From Octopus vulgaris (lineage: Eukaryota), in contig OX597817.1 of assembly GCA_951406725.2 (NCBI GenBank), positions 80,972,001-81,036,000 on the forward strand: a stretch of DNA of 64,000 nucleotides, given 5' to 3'. This document shows, one piece after another, positions 39,110-53,024 of this stretch. The notes below the pieces were generated by a model. The model was not told the DNA's origin. It searched no databases and was given only the letters and a program-made list of their open reading frames with translations. The position numbers and the translations under genes are program-made. Each line of letters starts with the position of its first letter. The stretch's first letter is position 1.

Positions 39110-39321
39110 TTTCTTCTACTCTAGGGACAAGGCCCAACATTTTGGGGACAGGGGCCCCAATCGATTTGATCGACCCAGTACGCAACTGGTACTTAATTTA
39201 TCGATCCCAAAATGATGAAAGGTAAAGTCGACCTCGGCGGAATTTGAACTCAGAACGTAAAGACAAACGAAATACCGTTAAGGATTTCGCCCGGCGTGCT
39301 AACGTTTCTGCCAGCTCACCG
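39110..39321 (-). mobile_element. SINE family A
   Basis: Reverse complement of the family A consensus. Confidence 0.9.
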
Positions 39322-39805
39322 GATTGATGGTAAAACAGATATTGAAGCCAATTATGAGTATATTGTACCTGGAATAACATGATTTTGTGGATTGTGTATT
39401 ACATTGCGTTTTTCGGTCGCAAAGCAAGCACTAACCATTTATAATCCTCCAGGGACGCAGAAAGGAAGAGAGAATGAAGTATGCTAATATATAGGCGTAT
39501 AAGACTCAGCATGGATCGAGTGCGACAATTCCTTTTGAGGTTCAAAAAATTGGATGAAACGATAAATGTGAAACAGTGGGTTACTTTGATTCATTTAGTC
39601 TTTAACACATATTTCATGGCAATAAGCTATATATAGTGACGTTTTTAATTTAGAAAAGAAAATTAAATACACGTTTTATTTCCACACATACGCGAGAGCG
39701 CGTAACTACAAGAGATTTTCTCGGCATCTTTTATCTTATGCATGTTTCAGTTATTGGAATACTACCATGCTGGTGCACCGCCTTGGACAATTTGTTTTAG
39801 ACGAA

Positions 39806-39851
<46 letters not shown>

Positions 39852-39855
<4 letters not shown>

Positions 39856-40111
39856 GTTGGTGCATAATTATTGCGGCTTTTTTTCAATAAATTTTATTCA
39901 ACAACATCAATACGAACAGTTAACAAAAACATCTTTAAATGATTATTCCGGCCGGCTGCCAAGCAAATGGGAAGCAGTAATTGAAGTAGATGGTGAAAAT
40001 GCTCCGGAATAATCATTTAAAGATATTTTTGTTAAATGTTGTGATTGTTTGTTTGTTTTTTTTTTAATAAAATTTATTGAAAAAAGCCGCAATTAATATG
40101 CACCAACCTAA
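39852..40111. mobile_element. Mariner-derived MITE built from two 3' ends
   Basis: TA-TTAGGTTGGTGCA...TGCACCAACCTAA-TA (Hsmar1/MADE1-like TIR). ~100-bp inverted arms; the centre encodes RLPSKWEAVIEVDGENAPE*, resembling a mariner transposase C-terminus. Confidence 0.88.
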
Positions 40112-40144
40112 TACATATGTATATATTGTATATAATATATAAGT

Positions 40145-40194
<50 letters not shown>

Positions 40195-40365
40195 GACCGT
40201 TGCCTCTTTTGTTTTGTTATCGTTTTCGGTTTTCGTCGTCTCTTTACCGTAGCCAGTATTTACTTTGTTCCACACACCGTTACATACATACACACATATC
40301 TATATATAAATGTGCATACACACACACACACACATACACACATATTTGTGTTTATATATGCACCC

Positions 40366-40398
<33 letters not shown>

Positions 40399-40804
40399 TG
40401 TATGTATGTATGTATGTATGTATGTATGTATGTATGTGTGTATGTATGTATGCATAAGATGATTTCTTACGGTTGAAAGAGTTCAGAATTTATCGAGCCA
40501 TGCGAACGAAAAGGCGATTGCAATCCCCAACCTGTGACCCTTAAACCAATAAATTAATAAAGCATTGACCGATTCTATATCTTCAAGCGAACCTCACAAG
40601 AATCTCTTTACCATTTTTTTCCTCTTCCATCCTGCCGTCTCGCAGATTATTTGTTCTAATTCGGACATACCGTTTCCTTATTGTAATTGAAAGAAATATT
40701 TATGCAAGACAAACTAACCAGAGTAAAAGCAAGTGTGAATGTACGCAGACCGCCAGAGACACATTGAGTAACACATGCGCACACGTATACACACTTTGAA
40801 ATAC

Positions 40805-40844
<40 letters not shown>

Positions 40845-40892
40845 GCGTGTGCGTGTGTGTGTGCGTGTGCGTGTGTGTGCATGTGTGTGTGT

Positions 40893-41228
40893 GAAGGCGC
40901 ATGATTCAGTAGTTAGTGTCGGTCTCACAATCAAAGTAGGGAGTTCGATTCCTGGACCGGGCTATGCGTTGCGTTATTGAGCAAGACACTTTATTTCACA
41001 TTGCTCCAGTTCACTCAGTTGTAGAAACGAATTGTGACGTCACATGTACCAAGCTGTATTGGCTTTAGCCTTTCCCTTAGACAACATCGGTGGCATAGAG
41101 AGGGGAGGCTGGTATGAGTGGGCGACTGCTGGTCTTCCATAAACAACTTTGCTTGGACTTGTGCCTCGGAGGGTAACCTTCTAGGTCCAATCTCACGGTC
41201 ATTCATGACCGAAAGGGGTTTTTACTCT
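40893..41228 (+). mobile_element. SINE family D
   Basis: tRNA-like head (GTTCGATTCCTGGACCGGGC) and TTGAGCAAGACACTTTATTTCAC core; matches 57881-58210. Confidence 0.88.
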
Positions 41229-41794
41229 GTGTGTGTGTGTGTGTGTGATGCATGTGTTTGGCTATATATTTCTTCAATACAGGGAGATCGGTTTCTAACA
41301 CAAGAACAAGGCTTTTTCATCGGAATGTAACGACATCAGGCTAAGTAGTGATGTATGTATGCATTCATGTATGTATGCATGTATGTATACATGTATGCGC
41401 GTATATATGTATGCAAGTATGTATACATGTATGTATGCGTGTGCATGTATGTATGCATGCATGTATGCATGCATGTATGTATGTATATATGTACTATGCA
41501 TGCATGTATGTATGTATGCATGTATGTATACATGTATGTATGTGTGTGCATGTATGTATGCATGCAAATATGTATGGATGCATGTATGTATGTATGAATG
41601 CATGGTATATATGCACGCATGTATGCATACATGTATGCGCGTATATATGTATGTAAGATAAAGGATAAAGAATTTGTGTTAATGCTGAAAAGTTTAACAT
41701 TGTATGCCCTAGAGCAGTGCCCCGCAACCGGCATACATACATATATATATATATATATATACATACATACATACATACATACATACATACATAC

Positions 41795-41851
<57 letters not shown>

Positions 41852-41895
41852 CATACATATATATATATACATACATATATATATATATATATATA

Positions 41896-42094
41896 GTCGC
41901 CATGATAGATCGTTAGCCACTGCACACTTTTTTTTTGTCTCCTTGTTTCTCTCCTTGTTTTTTCTGTGTCCCTTTCTGTAGAAGAGCGTAGGCTCGAAAC
42001 GTAAAAGACTTTTTCTATTCTTGAGCGTTATACTAATACATCTGTTTGTTTTGTACACCACCTGTCTTCGTCTTTTGTTTTTTTCGTAAACTCT

Positions 42095-42098
<4 letters not shown>
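41896..42098 (+). mobile_element. ~200-bp (TA)n-flanked non-coding element with a hammerhead-like motif (41972-42007)
   Basis: CTTT-CTGTAGA-A-GAGC-gtag-GCTC-GAA-ACGT-A-AAAG. Stems I and II pair and stem III is palindromic; the core has U at position 6. Confidence 0.6.
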
Positions 42099-42165
<67 letters not shown>

Positions 42166-43329
42166 AGTACATGTTTGTTTGGCTGAATCATTGTCTGAGT
42201 TCCTACGTCCTCCCCCCACCCGGTATGGCTTAGTAACCGTTTTTAATTTGTATACGTCCCCCGTACCATAGCAGCTCGGCAAAAAATATCGATAGATTAA
42301 GTCGCCAGTCTTGAAATTAAAAAAAAAGCATGATTGTTGGGGTCTATTTGTTTCGCCAAAACTCTTCAAGGTGGTGCCCCAGTATGGCCGCAGTCTGTTG
42401 ACTTAAACGAGTAAAAGGTAAGTGATAAAGGATAAAAGATATGTACTAGGGATAAAGGAGGTTCTTAGGCGATAGATACATGTTTTCATTGCTCTAAATT
42501 TTAAAGACACTTTTAAAAAACATTTATTCTATGTGCGAATCATCTCGGTCAAGATGTTGGACTCACATTCCATAGTTTATTGATGAAATGACTTAAGTAG
42601 AAGTAGTTATTTTAATGGTGATCAATCAGTTATGAGTAATTTTTTATGGCGCATTAAATTTTGCTAAACCATTGACAGACTACGTGGAAAATGTGTTAAT
42701 GTAAGTCATATTATCCAAAATGTCCGTTTTCTTTAAAGAGACTGGGTGTGATTTTGAAAGAAACTTGGTTAATATTTGTTGCAAATTCGGGCAAACAAGT
42801 AAAATATTTCTCATTAGTTTCAATAGAAGAAATTTGAATTTTTCCTTATCGAAAGAAAATTTCGCTGACAGGATTAATTTTGAGGTGTTTAGAGAGAATA
42901 TGAACAGCAAAACTAAAACAAAAACTATTGACAGGCTGCCAGGATTAAGATTCTAAAGGACGTGAACATCTGTCGCTTTTTCCTCGTGTTTTTATTAGAA
43001 AGTGAAATTTCACACTGTGAGTGGGAGAGCACCTCTGCTTGGTCTTCGATATGCAAAAGATAACGGTGAAATCTACTTCCCACTTAAAACAGGAAAAGTG
43101 TGTGTGTGTGTGTGTGTGTGATAGATAGAGAGAGAGGGGGGGGAGATAAATATTATTTGTGGATTTTCATTCGTGTGTATTTCCATAAAGAAACCTTTCA
43201 ATTTAATACATCTGAGAGAAAAAATAAATAAGACAAATCGAATGTTCACGACAGGAATGCATTCAATCAATAGTTTCACGATCAGAGCTGATCATCGGCT
43301 GGACAACAAGAGCACCGTAATTTTTACAC

Positions 43330-43486
43330 ATATATGTGGTTAAGAAGCTCGCTTTGTAGTCACGCGGTTTCGGGCTCAGTCCCACTGCGCGGCACCTGGG
43401 ACAAGTGTCTTCTACTATAGCCCCAGGATGACCAATGCTTTGTGCGTGCATTTGGTACAGGGAAGCTGTATGAAAGCCCGTCCCAT

Positions 43487-43542
<56 letters not shown>

Positions 43543-43745
43543 GCACGCGCATTTTATTTTCACTCACTATTTCACAAATTGGTACTAGTTTGTTTTGTCC
43601 ACGTAATTTTGCAGTTTGGTGAGAGCCCGACGGAATATATCCTAGATTTTGAAAATTAGTCAATTCGTTCGGCTAAAATACTTCAAAGTGGTGCCCCAGC
43701 ACCGTTGCAGCCCAATAAATGAAACAAGTACAAAATGAAAATATA
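43330..43745 (+). mobile_element. SINE family B, degenerate
   Basis: CAGTCCCACTGCG...GGACAAGTGTCTTCTACTATAGCC, an internal (TG)n, and a tail ending GAAACAAGTA. Confidence 0.75.
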
Positions 43746-44752
43746 TAAAATGAGATTTTACGAAACAATATCAGGATTGAACTGGATATTATCTTTATGT
43801 GTGAAGGTTATTGAAATACAACCATTTTACCGACCAGGTTTCGTAGATTCAATTATTACAATAGCGTTTCTACAATATTCCCAAGACCTGAAATTATGTG
43901 GGATGTGAGAGAGTCAATTACATTGACTCCAGTGCTCAACTGGTATTTATTTCAACGTCCCCGAAGGATAACAAGAAATGTCGTTCTCAGTAGCATTCGA
44001 ACTCAGAACGTAAAGTCGGATGAAAGGCCGCTAAGCATATTGTAGGGCGCGATAACGATTTTGCCATCTCGACGCCTCAGTATTTTTGCTCGAGAACAGA
44101 GTGCAGTACCCCATCCAATAAGCGAAACCAGAATCTTGAGATTGATAGTGCAACGCTCCTAACCACTAAGCCACACCCTTTCACATTTTCCAGGTACCAT
44201 AATATTATAGTTCCATCTTGTTCCGTCTTGCACGGTAGCTCTACAACTCCTTTATTGAGCCTTAGAGTATACTCTGAGAAGCTATCCCAATAGTTATTTT
44301 TTTCCCAGCTGAAACTTAACTTCTTCCGAAATAAATGTATAAAGGAAGGAATCGAATAAAGATTTTAAATAAATGTGAAGTAAAAAGTGTAGTAAATAAA
44401 TAATGGATTCTATAGAAACCTTAACATTAAATTATAGCAGAGTCTTGTAGTTTTGAGATAAGTCTAATTCTATTAAAAAAACAAAAAAAAATTACCCAAA
44501 TCATACTGTTTTGTAATGGAATGCCATGCTTTAATAGTCTGTCATTATAAGAGAATAATGCAAACACACACATACGCCTATGCATATATATACGGATACA
44601 CACACATATATATGTATGTATGTATGTATGTATATCTCTGTGTGTATGTGTGGGTGTGTTTGTGTGATTGTGCACGTTCTTGTTATGTGTTTGTGAGTGT
44701 GAGTGTTTACGAGTGCTTACGTATGCATATACATTTAACATGTATACATGTA

Positions 44753-44783
<31 letters not shown>

Positions 44784-44859
44784 ATTACAACGGCATGCTT
44801 TAATAATTTGTCATTACAAGAGTGTAATGCATTCAGACACACACACACTCCTATATGTC

Positions 44860-44898
<39 letters not shown>

Positions 44899-45305
44899 GT
44901 ATGTATAGGTATTCTATGCATTTATATATACATATATATTTATTACTTTTATGTACATATTACATATATATGTGTATTATATGTATATATACTATATAGA
45001 TGTATGTATATATGTTTGTATGTATATATACATATGTGTGAGTGTATGTGTGTGTGTGTAACACATGCACTCATAAGTTATATATATGTGTGTGTGTATG
45101 GTTAAGTGTGCAAAGAAAATATTTTTAAGCTTGTTTTATTTTTGTGGTGTTTTTTTACTATATATTTCTTTTTAATTTTTTTTCCCTCCCCACCGAACTT
45201 AATGTTCTGAAGGGATGACAACACAAATTAACAAAGAAGGTGAACAATGTTAATATGGCTACGTTAAAGGGTAAGAAAACATTACATACACACTCACACA
45301 CACAT

Positions 45306-45414
<109 letters not shown>

Positions 45415-45438
45415 CATGTACGCATATATATATGTGAG

Positions 45439-45470
<32 letters not shown>

Positions 45471-46110
45471 TGTATGTATGTATGTATGTATGTATGTATG
45501 TATGTATGTATGTATGGCAAATGGAAAAACTACAATGTACTGCTGAAACCGAAACTGAGCGAAAATTACTAGTTTAGGTCTGTACAAAAAGTTACACCAG
45601 GTTTTGCTTGTCTTCGAAAATTTTTCGTACAGAAAAGAAACGAAAAAATTTTCCTAAATGATGTTTTTTGTTTTGTTTTTGTTTTTACTTTTGTTTTTTG
45701 TTTTGTTTTTTGTTTTTCTTTTTTTTCTTTTTGTCAGTGTTTCAATGGAGATCTTTGGAGGTAACATATGTAGGTACAGATATGCGCACGCGTATATAGA
45801 TAATAGACATAGAGACATATACAGATAGAAACAGAGATAGTTGCATATACAGATAGAGGAATATACAAATATATATATGCACATGCATACATCCACATAC
45901 ATGTACATTCACACACACACACACACAAGTATATATATTTATATATACATTTTCAAATATATACAGACAGACATACACACATGTACATACATATATGTAT
46001 AAAGATTCGCACACGTATTGTTATAGACATATATGTGTTTGTGTGTAGATGTGTGTGTGTGTGTGGATGCAGATACATACATATATAGATACAGACATAT
46101 AGACATACAG

Positions 46111-46160
<50 letters not shown>

Positions 46161-46874
46161 ACGTATAGAGAGAGACGTACGCACATATAAATACAAACAT
46201 ATAGATTGCATGCTTGCAAGCATACACACATATGTAGCCAGTGAGATACACATATTTATTTATATATACTTATACATACATAAAGACACGGGCATACGCA
46301 CATAATAGATATAAACATAGTTACATACATACATACATATAAAAACACTCTCATATACAGATACAGACATGTACAGGTGTATAATCATTTTTCTCTCCGA
46401 CACTCTTTTCATGACCACTCCGTCTTTTTCTCTCTTTATGCATGTCCGGGTATCTCTCTGTCTATCCATTTATTCATACTACTGTATATTTTCATCAGTG
46501 TGTATGTGTATGTGTGTGTGTGTGCGTGCGTGTGGTGGGGTGGGAGGGCGCATAGTCAAATGGTTAGAATGTTACTCTCGCGATTGCGAGATCGTAGTTT
46601 CATTTCATGGATTGGATGGTACGTTGTCTTCTTGAGCCGAACACTTCATCTCACGCTGCAGTCACTTCGATACCTGATGTGTGGTACACCGCGCACCTGT
46701 TCAGCCAATGTTGATTTGATGGAAGCAGGGAGATAATGTACAGCACAAACATTCCACATACACTAATACATACAAGATGAACATTAAGCAAGAAATTGAG
46801 GAGCTGTCTTTTCCGAACTACAAGTGACTACCCTCATATATAGGTACACATGTATGTACGTCTCTTCAATTTTT

Positions 46875-47215
46875 TAATTATTATAAATCTTCCACTGAGG
46901 AGGCAGCCGGTTTCCAACAGAGATAGAAGGTTCTATCTTTGGGATGTAGTTAACACAGACAAATTCACATTTGGAACTTGAGAAAAGTCTTGCATATTTT
47001 TACTGTTCCACTCACCGATTGCAGTTGTAATGTCAGAATTAGCCGGTCGATTTCTCTTTCTGAAAATCCCTGTTTACCCAGATTCTCCTTTAAGCATTTA
47101 CTAACAAAACCTAGTGCTCCAATTATTTTTGGTATGAATATGAATTCATAGTCTGGATATAGAAGCTGGAGGTTTCGAAGCAATTGTCCATGGATATTTT
47201 CAAAGAGATATTTAT
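46875..47215 (-). mobile_element. 3' end of an RLE-type LINE
   Basis: [33 protein letters not shown]...LQLQSVSGTVKICKTFL (IIGALG motif of the RLE C-terminus), followed by a short 3' UTR. Confidence 0.8.
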
Positions 47216-47459
47216 ATCTGCAGGGTAACTGACCTCTATGATGGTACATACCTTTGCTCCTCTGTCCCAAACAACACTATCCAGCCTGTTATGTTTACAT
47301 TTGACAGAAGTTTTGATGGGAATATTCCACCAGTATTCCTAGAGTTGGTGTTTATAAATGTATTCTATAACAGAGGCATGGATGGATGGATGGATGGATG
47401 GATGGATGGATGGATGGATGGATGGATGGATGGACTGATGGATGGGTGGGTGGATGGAT

Positions 47460-47687
47460 TCTTTTATTCTTTTACTTGCTTCAATAATTTAACTGTGGCC
47501 ATACTAGAGCACCGCCTTAAAGGGTTTTAGTCGAAGAAATCAACCCAAAGAATTATTCTTTGTAAGCCTTGTACTTATTTTATCAGTCTCTTTTGCTAGC
47601 TAAGTTACGGAGACGTAAACGCACCAGCATCGGTTGTCAAGTGATGGGGGGAAGACAAACACAGACACTCACACACATAAACACAAT

Positions 47688-47781
<94 letters not shown>

Positions 47782-47935
47782 CGGGCTTCTTTCAGTTTCC
47801 ATCTACCAAATCCACTCACAAAGCTGGGGTCAGCCCTAGACTATAGTAGAAGACGCTCGCTCAAGGTACCACGCAGTGGGAATGAACCCGGAACCATGCG
47901 GTTGGGAAAGCAAGCTTCTTACCACACAACCACGT
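47460..47935 (-). mobile_element. SINE family B with internal (CA)n(TA)n
   Basis: Full match to family B. Confidence 0.9.
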
Positions 47936-48442
47936 CAACGCTTATATATATATATGCATGCATGCAGTGAAGACGCGTGGCTTAGTGGTTACCGTATTCG
48001 GCTCACGATCGTAAGGCTGTGAGTTCGGTTACTGGCGGCGTTTTGCATCCTTGTTCAAGACACTTTATTTCAAGATGCACTCAAGCCACTGTATTTGAAA
48101 GGGCAAGCATTGTCACACTCTGTGCCATGCTGAATTTCTCTGATCTTGAACTTAGAACGTATAGAACTAGAAAAAATTCCGCTAAGCATTTCAACCCACG
48201 CGTCAACGATTCTGCCAGCTCGCTACCTTTACGATGCTCTATAATAGTTAAAAGATACATATATATATATATATAAGGATAAGATCGTTAATTTAAATTA
48301 AACAACGATCTTATCAAGTGGCCAACATGGAACTAAAAACCTTCAAAGGTATTGTGCTATATGAACACTTAATGTGGTTTTAGAGTCAGATCCTGGCTGC
48401 TATTTTCAGCATGGCGGTATCTCGCAGATGCCCTAAGTTATA

Positions 48443-48623
<181 letters not shown>

Positions 48624-48702
48624 TAAGAAGCATTATTACTGTTAAAACTAGTAATAATGATGTGGCTAGCAAGACTTCTACCTAAACAGGTATAATATGA
48701 AA

Positions 48703-48894
48703 TATTTGAATAAAAGAAGGGTAAAAATACCACTTGCCAAAGAAGAAAGCGAAAGCTTCAAAAACCACCAATACTACGATAAATACACACACGAGCAATG
48801 CTATGAATATTTTAAACAATAGGCCTACATAACTCGTGTGTGTATTTATCGTAGAATTTGTGGTTTTTGAAACTTCCGCTTCAAATATTTTATT

Positions 48895-48900
<6 letters not shown>
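48703..48900. repeat. Imperfect inverted repeat (48748-48795 / 48833-48880; outer 13-bp arms) abutting (TA)n
   Basis: CTACGATAAATACACACACGAG / CTCGTGTGTGTATTTATCGTAG, and TATTTGAATAAAA / TTTTATTCAAATA. Confidence 0.85.
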
Positions 48901-48976
<76 letters not shown>

Positions 48977-48977
<1 letters not shown>

Positions 48978-49821
48978 GCCACACTCGTTTCCAGCATTGT
49001 TGTGAAAATCAGAGTCGAAAATAGAAATCGTGCTTCGAGCAAAGAAATTATCTTAACCATCTCGGCAGAAAGCCTTAGAATGAGAAAATAGATATCCCTG
49101 GATAATTTGATTTCAAATTTTGAGAATTTACCTCCCTAAACTCTCATCGCCAGGTCTCACTACATAGCTAGGGTTAAAAACTTTCCTCGATTCGCTGTGC
49201 TGGTAACCGTTGCAAAGCTAGCGCCAAATTCAAAAACCGTGTCAGTATATTAAATTACTAAATGAATAGATATTCGAAAATATTCATATAGACATTATTA
49301 TTGATTACTATCATTAGTAAAATTAATAATAATAACAACAATATAGGTGGCCAACAAGCAACAGCCGATAAATGGCAAATCCAAAATTTAATAATTAATC
49401 TATAATTATAATAGGGCACACGTGGTACTAGCATTTGCGTGAAAATCAGAGTAAAAAAATCCTCAAAAAAACCCACCAACCACTACAATTGATCTAGGGA
49501 TATCTATTTCTTCATTCTACGGCTTTCTGCCGAGATGGTTACGTTAATTTCTTTGCTCGGAGTCCGGTTTCTATTGTGCTTGTTATTTTACCTGTGATTG
49601 GTGGTTTTCTCAGATGATTTTTTTACTCTGATTTTCACAACAATGCCGGCATCACGTGTGCCATATTATGATCATAAATTAATTATAAAATTTTGGATTT
49701 GCCATATATCGGCTTTTGCTTTCTGGCCACCTATATTATTGTTGTTATTATTCCTTTTACTAATGATAATAATTAATAATAATATCTATATAAATATTTT
49801 CGAATAGTTATTCATTTAGTA
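48977..49821. repeat. Nested diverged inverted repeats (49256-49483 / 49594-49821; 49020-49100 / 49495-49575)
   Basis: Reverse-complement matches by eye. The ORF track shows the same spurious peptide on both strands (49258-49479 - and 49598-49807 +). Confidence 0.88.
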
Positions 49822-51509
49822 TATATATGTGTGTGTATATATATATATGGGAGGTATTGGTATCCAGAAGCCCCAAGGTGGCAGGTAAGGCTATGTAAAT
49901 GCTACAGGAGGACCGTAGTTATACTCTCAGTTTGATAATAATACGTTTCAGGAGTTTAATGCGAGTCATGTGTGTGGGTGTGTCTATTATGTGTGTGTGT
50001 GCGCGCGCGCGTGTGTGTTTATATATGGGAAATGATATGTTTATGATATTTCCTAACAGCGCTAGTGAACTGGAATCGAAGCTGTATTTGTTTACTCTGT
50101 GTATATTTGGTTTGTTTCAAGCACTATCATATCTAATCTAAAATCTTTCCTTTTGTTCTTAAAAAAAGTGTTGTATTAGCTCATTTCTTCATAGCATAAC
50201 CATTTCACAAAATTTCGTGTTTCTAAGAAAGGCAGAAGCTCACACATTGCAGAGGATGAAAAATTTAGTCATACCACAGTTCGGTGCTTCATCGATCATA
50301 GAAGTATGAGTTAAAAAAACCTTTCCCTGATTTAGGCATAAAGATATCTATTTAGAGAGGAGGGATCGCCATCTATCTCAGTACTTGACTGGCACTTTAT
50401 TTTATTGACTTCAGAAGAAAAGTTGGCATTGATGGGAATAGAACTCACAACATAAATAGCCAAAACTTTGATATTGGTACAATACCCCCTGCTCAACGAC
50501 TTTACGTATCTCTCATTATAATGGTTTCTCTTTTAAGGCACAATATTTTTGTCGGTACTTTCCACCCCAATACTTGATTGGTATATAATTTTATCAACTC
50601 CGAAAGTATGCAAACCAAACTTGACTTAGGCTTGAATTGAACTCAGAACGTAAAGAACCGGAAGAAATATTGCAAAACATTTTCTCCGATGCTCCTCATT
50701 CGCCTCGTTTATGCTTCTTTGTTATGATGCTGTCTAATTTAGGCACAAGGTCAACAATTTGGTAGGAAGGGGACTAGCCGATTACATCGACTCCAGTATT
50801 TTGATTGATACTATATATTTTTTCCACCCCAGAGGGATAAAATGCAAAGTCGATATCGGAGGAATTTCAACTTAGAACGTATAGAACTAGAAAATATTCC
50901 GCCAAGCATTTCATCCGAAGCGTTAACGATTCTGCCAGCTCGCTACCTTTACGTTGCTCTATAATGGTTGAAAGAAATCGCAGATTAACGAGTCACAACA
51001 CGAAGGAAAATCACTGAAAAGATAAAATATTGTAAACTATAAGGATAATTCTTTGAAAGAATTTGAAAGTGGAACTCAAATTGGATCTAAAACGAAGCTG
51101 AACTAAAATAGCCATCGTTTCTGATGGCACGCGTATACTAGTTACTTATATAATGTTGCAAAATCAATACAGAACTTAACATATTGATTGTTTCAAGAAG
51201 TCAGCTCTCTTTTCTCTCTCATACATTATTACACAAAACAACGCCGTGTTTTTTCCTTCTTTTTCCTTTTCTTTTCTTTTTTTTCTTTGCTTCTTTTCTT
51301 TTCGATCAATTAACAAAACAATTTACGAATATAAATTATTTGACCGCTGACCTAAAACCATAAATTTTCCTAGTAAAAAGGATTAAGTCTTATGCTTGAA
51401 AGAACGATATACGAAATCCTATAAGAAGAAATATATTCCTTTTGCTCCAGAGAGAAAACTGGCGTCAACTAATCCTCTTAAACAAAATGAAATTATTGCT
51501 ACAGACAAA

Positions 51510-51560
51510 ACAGAAGCGCCGCCATCTTGGTGGAATAGATGAAAATTCAGGAAGTAATTC
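51510..51560. promoter_or_regulatory. YY1 and ETS consensus motifs in unique sequence
   Basis: CGCCGCCATCTTG (51517-51529) and CAGGAAGT (51548-51555). Confidence 0.3.
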
Positions 51561-51730
51561 TGTTACAAACTTAAACTACGGTTAAACAAAGTTCTCTCAC
51601 CGTTTCTTTTCTTTTTTTTTTTCTTTTTTCTTCTTCTTTTGATAATACTTTCGTAGTCATTCTCCGCGCGAACTCAGCTGACATGTGTGTGTATGTATAT
51701 ATGTATGTATGTGTGTGTGTGTGTGTGTGT

Positions 51731-51773
<43 letters not shown>

Positions 51774-51815
51774 AGATGCATATATGTAACATATATGTGT
51801 GCGTGTTTGTGTGTA

Positions 51816-52013
51816 CGAGAAGGGGATGAAAAGTGCCTGGCTTTGGGTAAAAGAAAATACAGAAGGATCAGTTAATTATGACTTTAATCAACATGTTTCC
51901 CTCTCAGATTCACACACAGTGGCCCTTCAGTTTTTCTAAGCCCTGTAAAAGAACTCGGAAGTCTGGACCTTCAACAAGGCCTTTTAAATCCAGGAACTTT
52001 TCAACACACCCTC

Positions 52014-52014
<1 letters not shown>
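51816..52014. mobile_element. Mariner-type MITE (~200 bp)
   Basis: TA-CGAG...TGAAAAGTGCCTGGCTTT at the left end and AAATCCAGGAACTTTTCA...CTCG-TA at the right; imperfect ~28-bp TIRs with TA TSD. Confidence 0.75.
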
Positions 52015-52062
<48 letters not shown>

Positions 52063-52412
52063 GGCGTGGCTGTGTCGGAAGGGGCTTGCTTCCCAAACAC
52101 ATTTAGAGAAATAGCGTATTTAAACATCCATACAATTTTATTCAGTATCCCACTCATACACACACACACACACACACACACATTGGGAATTTTATTCGCA
52201 TTTTTAGCAACATTAATTGCTAACAGTGAGCTATCTAGAAACTATCAGTTGCGAAGAAGTGTGTAAGTTTATGCTAATAAATTTTTATTATGTCTTATTG
52301 TATACTGTCCACTTATTTTTCTCACTGTACCTGACGCTTACTGCTTGATGTTTACAAACTTCCTACACTCGGATACTCAGATCATGTGTATATAAATATA
52401 TATATAAATGTG

Positions 52413-52443
<31 letters not shown>

Positions 52444-52532
52444 ATGTATGTATGTATGTATGTATGTATGTATGTATGTATGTATGTATGTATGTATGTA
52501 TGTATGTATGTATGCATGTATGTATGTGTGTG

Positions 52533-52585
<53 letters not shown>

Positions 52586-52793
52586 TATATATATAAATAT
52601 ATATATATATATGATGGAGGATGCATAAAATCCAGAAGAATACCTCAACCAATACTTGTACGAATCCTGGCTAAAAGGTTGTATGAAAGAGGAAACGACC
52701 CAATGAAACAAAGTATTCCACACAAATTTAAAATCCAAGAGATTTACGTTAACAGAGGATTATAACATAAAATGAATAAAACAGCTGAAGATA

Positions 52794-53024
52794 TTGGTAT
52801 CACATTTATTATCCTGTTGTGGCTGTTTCAATATCAGATGGGTTAGATAAATCGTTTAACATTGCACCGTTTCCAAGGTAGTGATGAGTTGACAGAATTG
52901 GCTTCCATTCAATATCGCACGATATTACATAATCATTGTTTATATTGATTCCAAGACGTTATATGAATTATCTAACCCATTTGTTACTGAAACGATCGTA
53001 ACAGGAAAATGAATGTCATACGAA
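52794..53024. repeat. Old diverged inverted repeat (57-bp arms, ~117-bp spacer)
   Basis: 52794-52850 vs 52968-53024 (ATGGGTTAGATAA / TTATCTAACCCAT exact, remainder diverged). Confidence 0.75.

Noticed and set aside
44505-44845. ~50-bp direct repeat 270 bp apart
   Set aside because: An ordinary old tandem duplication within microsatellite DNA.
46893-46920. CTGAGGA hammerhead-like box
   Set aside because: No downstream stem II-GAAA on the same strand; it lies in a LINE 3' UTR.
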